DNA of 28,181 nucleotides from an uncultured Gammaproteobacteria bacterium (lineage in GTDB: Bacteria > Patescibacteriota > Patescibacteriia > UBA9570 > JBBTWU01). Each line of letters starts with the position of its first letter. The first letter of the stretch is position 1. The stretch spans positions 1 through 28,181 of the forward strand of contig CAYIMB010000016.1 of assembly GCA_964364425.1 (NCBI GenBank). The letters run 5' to 3'. Positions 17,027-25,201 of this stretch are shown here, in pieces. The notes under the pieces were generated by a model. The model was given only the letters and a program-made list of their open reading frames with translations. It did not search any database and was not told the DNA's origin. The position numbers and the translations under genes are program-made.

Positions 17027-17509
17027 TTAAGCTATTCGTTCAAATTTGGTAATGAGTTTTACTCTGCGGTGGTAGGCCGGGTCACGGTCAGGGTGAGCAG
17101 ACAGAAATGCTTTTACAACTTGCTTGGCTTGACGTGTAGTCAGGTACAACGCCGGTAAGACCAGAATATTAGCTTGGTCATGCTCAACGCCTTGTGTAGC
17201 CATGGCCGTATTCATCACCAAGGCCGCTCTGGCCCCTTTCACTTTATTGGCCGCAATAGCCATCCCAATCCCAGAACCACACAGCAACACTCCCACAGTT
17301 ATTTTTGGACGCTTGGTCACCAACTGAGCCACACTAAAAGCTATGGGCGGAAAGTCAGTCCGCTGGTCAGAGTATGTACCCACATCTTTTACGCTGTACC
17401 CCCAATCCGTCAACACCGCAATCAGCTCTTGCTTCAAAGCAAACCCCTTATGATCTGCTCCAATCACCACTTGCACAACTTGCGGTTTGGCCATACTACG
17501 CAGAAACAC
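17027..17509 (-). CDS. rpiB: ribose-5-phosphate isomerase B
   Basis: IGADHKG, GVLLCGSGIGMAIAANKVKGARAA and HDQANILVLPA are RpiB/LacAB signatures. The probable real start is the second Met (MAKPQ, 17494). Confidence 0.85.
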   Translation of the reverse strand: MFLRSMAKPQVVQVVIGADHKGFALKQELIAVLTDWGYSVKDVGTYSDQRTDFPPIAFSVAQLVTKRPKITVGVLLCGSGIGMAIAANKVKGARAALVMNTAMATQGVEHDQANILVLPALYLTTRQAKQVVKAFLSAHPDRDPAYHRRVKLITKFERIA

Positions 17510-17756
17510 CTAATAACTCTGAGATCTTCCCTTGGTCAAACCCCACAATCACGTCTTCTTGGTTACCTTTTTTCACTACAATCACCGGAACTCCCATTTG
17601 TCCAGATTTCTGAATCATTTCCTCTGCTTTCTTCTCATCTGCGGCGACATCTATGCTTTCAAACTCTACGCCGTGATGCTGAAAGAATTCTTTGGCCATT
17701 TTGCAATACGGACAGGTGGGTGTTGAATATACGGTCACTTGTGCTGTCTGAGCCAT
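17496..17756 (-). CDS. glutaredoxin/NrdH-like redoxin (CPYC)
   Basis: 86-aa product VTVYSTPTCPYCKMAKEFF...GVPVIVV, a classic glutaredoxin-fold active site. Confidence 0.8.
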   Translation of the reverse strand: MAQTAQVTVYSTPTCPYCKMAKEFFQHHGVEFESIDVAADEKKAEEMIQKSGQMGVPVIVVKKGNQEDVIVGFDQGKISELLGVSA

Positions 17757-17759
17757 AGG

Positions 17760-18455
17760 TTACTCAAGAAAATAATTAATTGCCGTGCGGAAGACTTCTA
17801 TGGGTAAGTTGCCCTCCACCCGAATGCCGTTAAAAAAATAGGTTGGCGTTCCAGACACGCCGGCGTTGACTGCGTCCTGGTAGTCAGCCATAACTTCAGC
17901 TGAGTGGAGTCCTGAATCCATACACTCCGTAAATGTAGTCATGTCTAAGTCTAAAGAACGGGCGGCTTCCATAATAATATCTGAACTCAAGTTTTTTTGA
18001 TAGATGAAGAGCAAATCATGCATATCCCAAAACATCCCTTGGTCATTAGCGCACTGTGCGGCTTCAGCTGCTTCAACTGCATTAGCGTGCAAAGAGGAAA
18101 TGGGGAAATCTCTGTAGACAAACTTCACCTGGCCTTCAAACTCTTGCATAATCTGTTTTTCCGTACGCCAGACTTGCCCAGAATATGGACACTCAAAATC
18201 TTCAAAGGCAATAATGGTGACAAGCGCGTCTTCAGGTCCAAGCGCAGGATCATCATCCACGGTTGGTTTTTCCTTAGCTTCATTCTCTGTGGTCCGAGAT
18301 TGCCCATACCGCGTTCTGACTAACTGCTCAAACTCATTGGCATCCGGCAGTTGCCTTTGGACTTCCTTCCAAAAGGCATACCCTCCGCTGCCAAATAAAA
18401 CCAAAACAACAACTACACCAACAACTGTTCCAAGCTGTATTCTGCCTCTACGCAT
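17760..18455 (-). CDS. membrane-anchored DsbA-like thioredoxin-fold protein with monothiol CPYS motif
   Basis: N-terminal TM, then a DsbA-like fold (AFEDFECPYSGQVW, GTPTYFFNG). I verified codon by codon that the second active-site residue is Ser (TGT CCA TAT TCT). Confidence 0.7.
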   Translation of the reverse strand: MRRGRIQLGTVVGVVVVLVLFGSGGYAFWKEVQRQLPDANEFEQLVRTRYGQSRTTENEAKEKPTVDDDPALGPEDALVTIIAFEDFECPYSGQVWRTEKQIMQEFEGQVKFVYRDFPISSLHANAVEAAEAAQCANDQGMFWDMHDLLFIYQKNLSSDIIMEAARSLDLDMTTFTECMDSGLHSAEVMADYQDAVNAGVSGTPTYFFNGIRVEGNLPIEVFRTAINYFLE

Positions 18456-18476
18456 GCAGCGGAGTATACCACATTT

Positions 18477-19481
18477 TTATTCCACCGACATGGGGAGCGC
18501 CGGACAAATCAAAACCAAGGTATGATCCACATACACAATAGATTCCGCCTCCAAACAGGCCGGAGAGTTCACCTCCTGGGCATAGGCCTGATCCACCTGT
18601 TGCAAGGCTAGGCTGGCACTAAAGACTATGGCGCAAAGTCCGGCACTGACCCCTAAGATTGACCTCCATGGAACCTCCGGCCGTTCAACCCAGCCGGCTA
18701 ACACCTGTAAACGCGTCTCTACCACGCCCCGCATCTGCGCCGCGCCAGCTAAGGCTGGCTGTTGTTGCCAAGAAGCCACCCTCAGTAGCGCCCGACCGAG
18801 TGAAACTTGGCCCACCAGTTCTGCGGCTTCAAAGTCAGTCTTGCATTCAATATATTCTTGAAGCTGGATTTGAATCATGGACCGCCATACCAACGGCAGT
18901 ATGCTAGCTAAGGCAGACGTACACCACAACAAGACCGGGTCAAAACTCCTGACATGCATCAATTCATGAGTAAGAATAGCTTTCAGCTCCTCAGTGGGGA
19001 CTTGATTCAAGGCGGCAGATGAAATAAACACGCGTGGTCTGACTAATCCGGTGGACATGGCACGAGGGATGTCCTCTTGAATGACCACCAGTTGAGGCTG
19101 CATCCCCTTGGGCCAATATAGCGGTAGTATTTCCTGACACAACACCTCAAACAATCCGGCTTGTTCAATAGATGGAGACACCTGAATACAGGCCTGTAGC
19201 ACCCGTTGAGTCTTACGCCAGGAATTCAGCAGCACCCAGCTCACCCAAGCGCTAAAAAAAACTAGGGCCGCGGTCAGCGCCAAGCCCAGAGAATACAGAA
19301 CAGGATGTTGCCAAAAAGTAATAGCCACTCCGCAGTCACAGCCTAAAGGAGAAGTGAGCCTGGCACCAGTAAAGATAGCACTCCAAGAACCGACCCAAGA
19401 CCACACGCTCCACACACTCAACACCAGACTGGAAAGCACTAGGCTGAGAAAACTACAGGTGAGTAACAACCTAAATTTCAT
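18477..19481 (-). CDS. BlaR1/MecR1-family M56 peptidase-domain membrane protein (signal transducer/antirepressor)
   Basis: N-terminal TM helices and the HExxH zinc motif in THELMHVRSFDP. It is located 3 bp downstream of a BlaI-family repressor gene. Confidence 0.75.
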   Translation of the reverse strand: MKFRLLLTCSFLSLVLSSLVLSVWSVWSWVGSWSAIFTGARLTSPLGCDCGVAITFWQHPVLYSLGLALTAALVFFSAWVSWVLLNSWRKTQRVLQACIQVSPSIEQAGLFEVLCQEILPLYWPKGMQPQLVVIQEDIPRAMSTGLVRPRVFISSAALNQVPTEELKAILTHELMHVRSFDPVLLWCTSALASILPLVWRSMIQIQLQEYIECKTDFEAAELVGQVSLGRALLRVASWQQQPALAGAAQMRGVVETRLQVLAGWVERPEVPWRSILGVSAGLCAIVFSASLALQQVDQAYAQEVNSPACLEAESIVYVDHTLVLICPALPMSVE

Positions 19482-19484
19482 AGC

Positions 19485-19862
19485 TCACTCCTGTTCAAAG
19501 GCTTTGCGTAACCGCTTGGCCAGCGCCGGGTCTAGTTTAGGCAACACTTCCACAAAATGAACCAAGGCCGCTGCACCAAATTCCCCTTCCAAGCTGTGCA
19601 TAAAATCTTCTGTGGCTTGAAATACGGCATCTTTAGGATTAACTTTGGCTTCATACCTGTAGCCACGGCCCACCAGCCGGCGGCCCAACAATCCCTTTTC
19701 AGCTAAACGACTCATCACGGTCATGACGGTAGTATAGGCCACAAGGCTGCCCTGTTGAGACAAACACACATGCACGTCACGGACTGAAAATCGATCTGAA
19801 GGAGTTGGGGCTGCCCAGAACAGTTGCATGATTTGTCGTTCAAGTGAGCCTAAGAGTCGCAT
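19485..19862 (-). CDS. BlaI/MecI/CopY-family transcriptional repressor
   Basis: Winged-helix N-terminus MRLLGSLERQIMQLFW...FSVRDVHVCL...AYTTVMTVMSRLAEKGLL. The likely start is the Met at 19862. The ORF-track start at 19895 overlaps the upstream gene. Confidence 0.8.
   Translation of the reverse strand: MRLLGSLERQIMQLFWAAPTPSDRFSVRDVHVCLSQQGSLVAYTTVMTVMSRLAEKGLLGRRLVGRGYRYEAKVNPKDAVFQATEDFMHSLEGEFGAAALVHFVEVLPKLDPALAKRLRKAFEQE
19786..19794 (-). repeat. copy of over-represented 9-mer TCGATTTTC (extended AGATCGATTTTCAG)
   Basis: Exact 14-mer shared with the 27853 copy, inside blaI. Confidence 0.6.
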
Positions 19863-19863
19863 A

Positions 19864-20439
19864 TTATTGAAATAGTTCAATTGGTTCAGGAGCATCTGCC
19901 GGTGGATTGCTTGAACTCAGATCCATGTCCACTTTCTCCGGCCCGCGGTTCACATAGGCAAAGAAAAACTCCTGAATGGCCGCTTCATCTACCGTAGCCA
20001 AGTTCTCCAAGTGTGTCCAGGCAGTCAGTGCAATCAACTGATCTATCTCCGGATTGGGCATGAGAGCGACTCGCGGGTTACTCTTGGAGAGCTCACGCGT
20101 CAACTCACGCAGCTGATCAACCACCGCCTGATCATCCGTGTTGTACTGAATCAAAATTCCGCCATGTTCCAGCATATGAATTTGATATCCGTTGAAAATT
20201 GGGGAGTCGTACACACCAAAGGCAGTCACTTGAGATGAGTGCGGGCCGCTAGTGGGTGGGTTGGAGTTATAGCTGAACGCTTCTATCTCCGCTTGACTCA
20301 CATGATCATCTCCTTGGGTTTCAAGACCTTGGCCTGGCTCAGGACGGGCGTTGTTCCAATAAATCAATCCAACCATCCCGCCTATAATCAAGGCAACTAC
20401 CAAAATCCAAATCATCCATGACCAAATACTTTTTTTCAT
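19864..20439 (-). CDS. DUF3105-family membrane-anchored protein
   Basis: N-terminal anchor MKKSIWSWMIWILVVALIIGG, then conserved PPTSGPH and HMLEHGG motifs typical of DUF3105. Start chosen at the Met that abuts the CDF stop. Confidence 0.6.
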   Translation of the reverse strand: MKKSIWSWMIWILVVALIIGGMVGLIYWNNARPEPGQGLETQGDDHVSQAEIEAFSYNSNPPTSGPHSSQVTAFGVYDSPIFNGYQIHMLEHGGILIQYNTDDQAVVDQLRELTRELSKSNPRVALMPNPEIDQLIALTAWTHLENLATVDEAAIQEFFFAYVNRGPEKVDMDLSSSNPPADAPEPIELFQ

Positions 20440-21332
20440 ATGTGTTGAGGAATTGAACATTCTTTTCCATAGCACAGACTGCTTTCAAACTGAATGGTCG
20501 CGTGATCTACATGGTAGGTGTGTCTCAAGAGTACATCGATTTTCTCATACAGGGCATCATTCTGCTGAATGGTCTTTGACCCCGTCATCACATGTCCACT
20601 CATGGCGTAGCGCCCGCTGGTGACCGTCCACACATGTACATCATGCACTTTTTTTACTCCGGGAATCTTCAACAGGTCCCGTTTCAAGGCTTCCACATCA
20701 ACGTCCTTAGGTGTGGCTTCAAGTAAAATACCGACTGACTCATTAATTAAGGAAACTGCCCCGCGAATAATAAACAAGGCAATCAACATGGAAACAAGAG
20801 CGTCTATTTGCGTCCAGCCGGTAAACCAAATAATCAGGGCGCTGGCCACCACGCCAACGGAGGACAACGTATCAGACAAGACGTGCCAAAAAGCCGCTTT
20901 AATGTTGAGGTTCTCTCCTTTAGCCCGCTCCCGCTTCAGTAGGACTGCTGCTAGAATATTAGCTGCTAACCCAATCACACCAAAAATCAGAGCGACTGCA
21001 GGAAGAAGCTCTGTTGGTTGATACAGGCGCTGCAAACCGGTATAGAAAATGGACATGGCAATCAGCATGAGCAGGACGCCGTTCAGAAGAGAGGCTAAGA
21101 CTTCAGCCCTCAGCCAGCCGTAGGTGCGTTTAGCGCTCACCGGTCTTAAGGTCAAGCGTAGGGCGAGTAAGGCTAGCCCAATTGCCAACACATCCACAAA
21201 CACATGGCCGGCGTCTGACAGCAGTGACAAGCTATTTGACCAAACACCACCTATCATTTCAAGCACTAAAATGGCCAGACTGCTGGCCAGAGCAATAATC
21301 AGCGTCCGTTGTCTTGATCTCACTGGAGTCAT
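20436..21332 (-). CDS. cation diffusion facilitator (CzcD/ZitB-type) metal efflux transporter
   Basis: Six TM helices, the HVLSD/HVFVD motifs (GHVFVDVLA, FWHVLSDTLSSVG) and a C-terminal cytoplasmic domain (VHDVHVWTV). Confidence 0.85.
   Translation of the reverse strand: MTPVRSRQRTLIIALASSLAILVLEMIGGVWSNSLSLLSDAGHVFVDVLAIGLALLALRLTLRPVSAKRTYGWLRAEVLASLLNGVLLMLIAMSIFYTGLQRLYQPTELLPAVALIFGVIGLAANILAAVLLKRERAKGENLNIKAAFWHVLSDTLSSVGVVASALIIWFTGWTQIDALVSMLIALFIIRGAVSLINESVGILLEATPKDVDVEALKRDLLKIPGVKKVHDVHVWTVTSGRYAMSGHVMTGSKTIQQNDALYEKIDVLLRHTYHVDHATIQFESSLCYGKECSIPQHI
20536..20544 (+). repeat. copy of over-represented 9-mer TCGATTTTC
   Basis: Exact match inside the CDF gene. Confidence 0.6.
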
Positions 21333-22289
21333 TTACATCAGCTTATAAGAATCTTTACCTAAAAATACCCGGTAGGCTTCGTCTACGGTTTTGTTCCCGT
21401 ACACAATAGAACTAATAGCATCTGTCATACGCACCGCGTCTTCCAGAGGATGTTCATGTACATTTCTGCCCGTGGCACTGCCGGCCGCATGGGCATAGTG
21501 AATGGTGTCATACACCATGCGTAAGAAATCCTTGGGTGTCAGAATATCACCGCCGGAGACAATCACCCCGGTCCGTCCGGCCGCTCCCGTGGCCTCTCTT
21601 AAAGACCGGGGACCTTGGGTGGGTACATTTACTTTCACAAAGTCACTACCTAAAGAACACGCTACACCCGCCCCTCCGGCAATTAAATGAGCATCTTTGG
21701 GATCTTTCATGCTCCGGCTTCTGGGGTAAGCCCAAATGACCGTCAGTAATCCCAATTCATGCGCTTGGGCAATCAGGCGTCCGGCCTCTGCCATCATCTC
21801 AGCTTCAAATTCACTGCCCACATACAAGGTGTATCCAATTCCAACAATATTCAGTTTTCCATTCTTCTGTAAATCAAGCACATCCTCCATGGTACACAAC
21901 GCTTTACTCAAGGGATCTTTATCTTTCGCTGAAACGGCATTGGTACGAGAATTCATTTTGACCAAGTAAGACACATCCGGAAAATCCGGACCGTATTTGG
22001 CAATCAACCCATGTTGCGCGGCAAACACGCCTATAGTTCCCGCGGAAGCAATTTGAAACAAGTGTTCCGGATCATTATTTTCTTCCGGAATATCTTGACC
22101 AAAAAAGTCGTCATTCAAGTGCTCAATTTTTTGATCACCGGCAAACAACATCAGACGTCCGGTGGATTTGGTGACTTGCAAATAATTACTGATATACGTC
22201 TTACGCGCACTCGCCGGGACGTTGGCCGGAACATGCACGTCACTCGCCTTGAGTGTCTGGACTTTCAGATGTTTGGATTTTTTTTGCAT
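21333..22289 (-). CDS. fba: class I fructose-bisphosphate aldolase (archaeal/DhnA type)
   Basis: TIM-barrel aldolase. RLMLFAGDQKIEH resembles the archaeal class I FBA N-terminal motif. It has the VKVNVP Schiff-base region and GVIVSGG. This is the type commonly found in small-genome bacteria. Confidence 0.6.
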   Translation of the reverse strand: MQKKSKHLKVQTLKASDVHVPANVPASARKTYISNYLQVTKSTGRLMLFAGDQKIEHLNDDFFGQDIPEENNDPEHLFQIASAGTIGVFAAQHGLIAKYGPDFPDVSYLVKMNSRTNAVSAKDKDPLSKALCTMEDVLDLQKNGKLNIVGIGYTLYVGSEFEAEMMAEAGRLIAQAHELGLLTVIWAYPRSRSMKDPKDAHLIAGGAGVACSLGSDFVKVNVPTQGPRSLREATGAAGRTGVIVSGGDILTPKDFLRMVYDTIHYAHAAGSATGRNVHEHPLEDAVRMTDAISSIVYGNKTVDEAYRVFLGKDSYKLM

Positions 22290-23205
22290 GCCAAAAGTAT
22301 AGCATATCCGTAAGTTGGGTACGAGGGTGCGTAGTACTCAAGTATTGGAGCCAAGCCAAAATTCCAGGGGGTCGATTTTCTTGCGCCACTCGTCCATCTG
22401 GGTACACCAGAAAGCGTAACGTCCCCTGCTGATCCGTGCGTTGAACAGGAACGCCGGCTTGTTCTAGGGTTTGCAGCGTTTGAGCCGCGGGATGTCCATA
22501 TCTGTTACGTACACCAACGGAAATGACTGCCAGTTGCGGTTGAAGCTGTGTGACGAGTGCGGTGGTGGTGGAGGTTGTGCTACCATGGTGGCCGACTTTT
22601 AGAATTTCCAGCGGGAGGGAGGGCGGTGTTTCACTCAACCAGCGTTCCCAAGCTGACTGCACGCGTGACGCCGGGGCGTCTGATGTTAAAAAAATGTCGG
22701 TTATACCAAGGCTGACTCCCAGAACTACAGCTTGATCGTTAGTGGACGTGTCAGAAGACGGAGGGGCATTTGGATCCGGAGACAGGACGGAAATGTTGAA
22801 GGCATCCAGGGTGAAGTGGTCGCCTGCTTGGGGAAATCGAACTTGGGCGTTTTCTGCTTGCACCAGTTGCCACAGGCGCTCAGCCGTTTCTGTATGCGGT
22901 TCAACGCTGGGGAGCCAAACTTCATGCACGGTGTACGTTTCCAATACATCAATCAAACCACCAGCGTGATCCGCGTCATAGTGAGTGGCTACCAATATGT
23001 CAATCTCGCCTACGCCTACAGCAGAGAGCGGGAGGAGGACGCTCCCTGGCGCACCACCGTCAACCAATAGAGTGTGGCCTTGATCCGTTGTGAGAAGAAT
23101 GGCGTCGCCTTGTCCCACGTCCAAGAGATACAGCCCATTGGCCGGCGGAGGCGGGAGCAAGAGCAGCCCGGCTAGAACAATGATTCCAAGGAGACGCTTG
23201 CCCAT
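22240..23205 (-). CDS. comEC: ComEC/Rec2 C-terminal metallo-beta-lactamase domain ORF (separate frame from the N-terminal part)
   Basis: Has its own Met and hydrophobic segment (MGKRLLGIIVLAGLLLL), then MBL motifs LDVGQGDA, ATHYDADHAGG and KVGHHGS. It overlaps the upstream ComEC N-terminal ORF by 34 bp out of frame. Confidence 0.7.
   Translation of the reverse strand: MGKRLLGIIVLAGLLLLPPPPANGLYLLDVGQGDAILLTTDQGHTLLVDGGAPGSVLLPLSAVGVGEIDILVATHYDADHAGGLIDVLETYTVHEVWLPSVEPHTETAERLWQLVQAENAQVRFPQAGDHFTLDAFNISVLSPDPNAPPSSDTSTNDQAVVLGVSLGITDIFLTSDAPASRVQSAWERWLSETPPSLPLEILKVGHHGSTTSTTTALVTQLQPQLAVISVGVRNRYGHPAAQTLQTLEQAGVPVQRTDQQGTLRFLVYPDGRVAQENRPPGILAWLQYLSTTHPRTQLTDMLYFWHAKKIQTSESPDTQGE
22372..22380 (+). 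repeat. copy of over-represented 9-mer TCGATTTTC
   Basis: Exact match inside the comEC MBL ORF. Confidence 0.6.
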
Positions 23206-24557
23206 GGGAGTTGTGCGCTGAATTGCGCGGATCTAATGATTAGCTGCAGCGGCAGAGCGGCGAGCCAGGTGATGAGCGGATGGTGAATGCCTAGGGCTGA
23301 CAGTCCTACAGCCAAGGCTGAAGTGGCACAAGCGAGCGGCAAGAGCGGGAGGACTATCACGTTTACCGGAATGGCAACTACAGAAATACGTTCAAATTTC
23401 CAAATAATATAGGGCAAGGTCAGGACAGTCACGGCTACACTAGCTCTGACAGTTTGGGAGGTGTCCCACACCGGAGCTTGCCAGCCTTCTAAAAAAGCCC
23501 ACCCGTCTGACACCAGCGCGAGCGTAGCCAACACCGAGAGGTGGAAAGACACATCCCAAAGTAAAACGGCAGGGTTATGGAACACCATGAGTGCTGCGGC
23601 CAAAAGAAGAACGCGTCCGGGTGACTGCGGACGGGCATGCATGCGGGCCGTAGCGCAAACTGCGGCCATAACTGCGGCCCGCACCAAAGACGCAGACGCA
23701 CCGGTCATCAACACAAACGCACCCACCCCAGCAAGTCCAATCCACATGGCTTGGCGGACGCCAAACCCTAAACGCACCAACACCCATAACAGCACTCCGC
23801 ACAACACCGTGACGTTCCACCCTGAAAGAGCCACAATATGAGACAGTCCAACCCGTTGAAACAGTTGGTTGAACTGGGTATTCCACTCCGCGCGTTCGCC
23901 AATCAACAACCCGCTGGCTAACCAAGACACCGGCGGTTGAAATGTTGTTTCGATTTGCTGCTGCAACCTGCCTCGCATTTCTGCGGCCAGCACTTTCAGT
24001 GTAAACCAAGTCAGCGGCGGCAGCTGGCCGCTTGGCCAGAAGTTTTGCTCTGCCACTTCCACTGACTCACACTCCCCCGCCACTCCCTGCGCTAAATCCG
24101 CGTGTCCCCAATCAAACAGACTTTCTGTTTCGGTTGGTGCAAGTTCACATCTGGCCCAAAACGTCTCACCCACATTCACCGCTTGTTTAAAATCAGCTGA
24201 TGTTTTTGACAATGGTCCAGGTCTATCCCACTGGAGCACGGCCTCCCACCCAAATTCCCGGTGTCTCACCGCACTCACCACCACTGCGCCTTCCCACACT
24301 TCCGGTTGCCGCTGATTCACAGCTGAATTCCACACCTCCGCGCGCCAATACCCAAGTATTCCACCTCCTATCAAAAAGAGGAGTAACACCAAAAAGTCGA
24401 TTTCCTTTTGTCTCACCCACCAGATCAGCCAAACGACGCTTATGCCACCAAGCAGCCAAGTTATCCACCACACCCAACCCTCAAGGAGTCCAAGTGCCAC
24501 ACCAAAAAAGAGTCCCCAGCAGGCGGCTGGAACGTACCAGTGTTTCATATATCTCAA
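23172..24557 (-). CDS. comEC: ComEC/Rec2 N-terminal membrane/competence-domain ORF
   Basis: Polytopic membrane protein with the competence-domain signature GLSHIVALSGWNVTVL. It ends 34 bp inside the MBL ORF. Confidence 0.7.
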   Translation of the reverse strand: MRYMKHWYVPAACWGLFFGVALGLLEGWVWWITWLLGGISVVWLIWWVRQKEIDFLVLLLFLIGGGILGYWRAEVWNSAVNQRQPEVWEGAVVVSAVRHREFGWEAVLQWDRPGPLSKTSADFKQAVNVGETFWARCELAPTETESLFDWGHADLAQGVAGECESVEVAEQNFWPSGQLPPLTWFTLKVLAAEMRGRLQQQIETTFQPPVSWLASGLLIGERAEWNTQFNQLFQRVGLSHIVALSGWNVTVLCGVLLWVLVRLGFGVRQAMWIGLAGVGAFVLMTGASASLVRAAVMAAVCATARMHARPQSPGRVLLLAAALMVFHNPAVLLWDVSFHLSVLATLALVSDGWAFLEGWQAPVWDTSQTVRASVAVTVLTLPYIIWKFERISVVAIPVNVIVLPLLPLACATSALAVGLSALGIHHPLITWLAALPLQLIIRSAQFSAQLPWASVSLESLF

Positions 24558-24813
24558 GCCCGCACCTGTACGCTACCCCGCGGCGCTCAGGAGTCAAGGG
24601 TGTCTGTGCAAGGTGAACCGGCACCAAAACTGTGCGCACGCACAGTTTTATATGACAACATATGACGAGTTTTTAGCTAACGTTAGCCAAAAATATAACA
24701 CTCCTCTTAACACTATCCACTTTTTGCGTTATCTTCGCATATTGCCCAAACGGGACTTTCCCCCGTTGGGCTTCCTCAGAACGCAACTTTACAACACAAC
24801 CCAGGTAACACAC

Positions 24814-25059
24814 ATGTCCAAGCATTCCACTCCTGTTCCTGTCCGCCGCGTCCTTGACGCCGCCTACTTCGATGCCCTCATCGCTAGGGGCGAGCGGGCC
24901 TTCGCTGGCATCAACGCTCGTTCGTGGGAATCATACTGGGAAAGCCAGGAGAAGGAGAACCGGTATTGGGAGCACGTCTCCCGTATGCCGCGTCTCCAAC
25001 TCCGTCACATCCGCAACCGCAACCACGGCCGCCAGCTCCACCGGCGGAATAGGGGGTAA
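24814..25059 (+). CDS. small GC-rich hypothetical protein (81 aa, Arg-rich C-terminus)
   Basis: ATG at 24814. About 60% GC with high GC3, against a ~49% GC host. Sequence MSKHSTPVPVRRVLDAAYFDALIARGERAFAGINARSWESYWESQEK...RNRNHGRQLHRRNRG. The 205-aa version in the ORF track extends antisense into comEC and is unlikely. Followed by a strong hairpin. Confidence 0.3.
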   Translation: MSKHSTPVPVRRVLDAAYFDALIARGERAFAGINARSWESYWESQEKENRYWEHVSRMPRLQLRHIRNRNHGRQLHRRNRG

Positions 25060-25072
25060 ACAACAGCACCTT

Positions 25073-25108
25073 CAACGACCACCAACCCGCAAGGGAAGGT
25101 GGTCGTTG
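25073..25108 (+). terminator. stem-loop (11-bp perfect stem CAACGACCACC/GGTGGTCGTTG) in convergent intergenic region, followed by TGCTGTGTG
   Basis: Seen directly in the sequence, 14 nt after the small ORF stop. Two further palindromes follow (CGTGCCATGGCACG + GATATTTT, and CATGCGTACGCATG) before the glmS stop at 25202. Confidence 0.4.
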
Positions 25109-25201
25109 TGCTGTGTGAAAAAACTCAAATTCTTTAAGGTTTCAGGCGTGCCATGGCACGGATATTTTACGACACATGCGTACGCATGCTCGTGCAGACT
25201 T

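Noticed and set aside
24442-24813. 205-aa version of the small GC-rich ORF
   Set aside because: The first roughly 120 codons are host-GC sequence antisense to the comEC N-terminus and upstream promoter region. Only the part from the ATG at 24814 shows the distinct high-GC3 coding signature.
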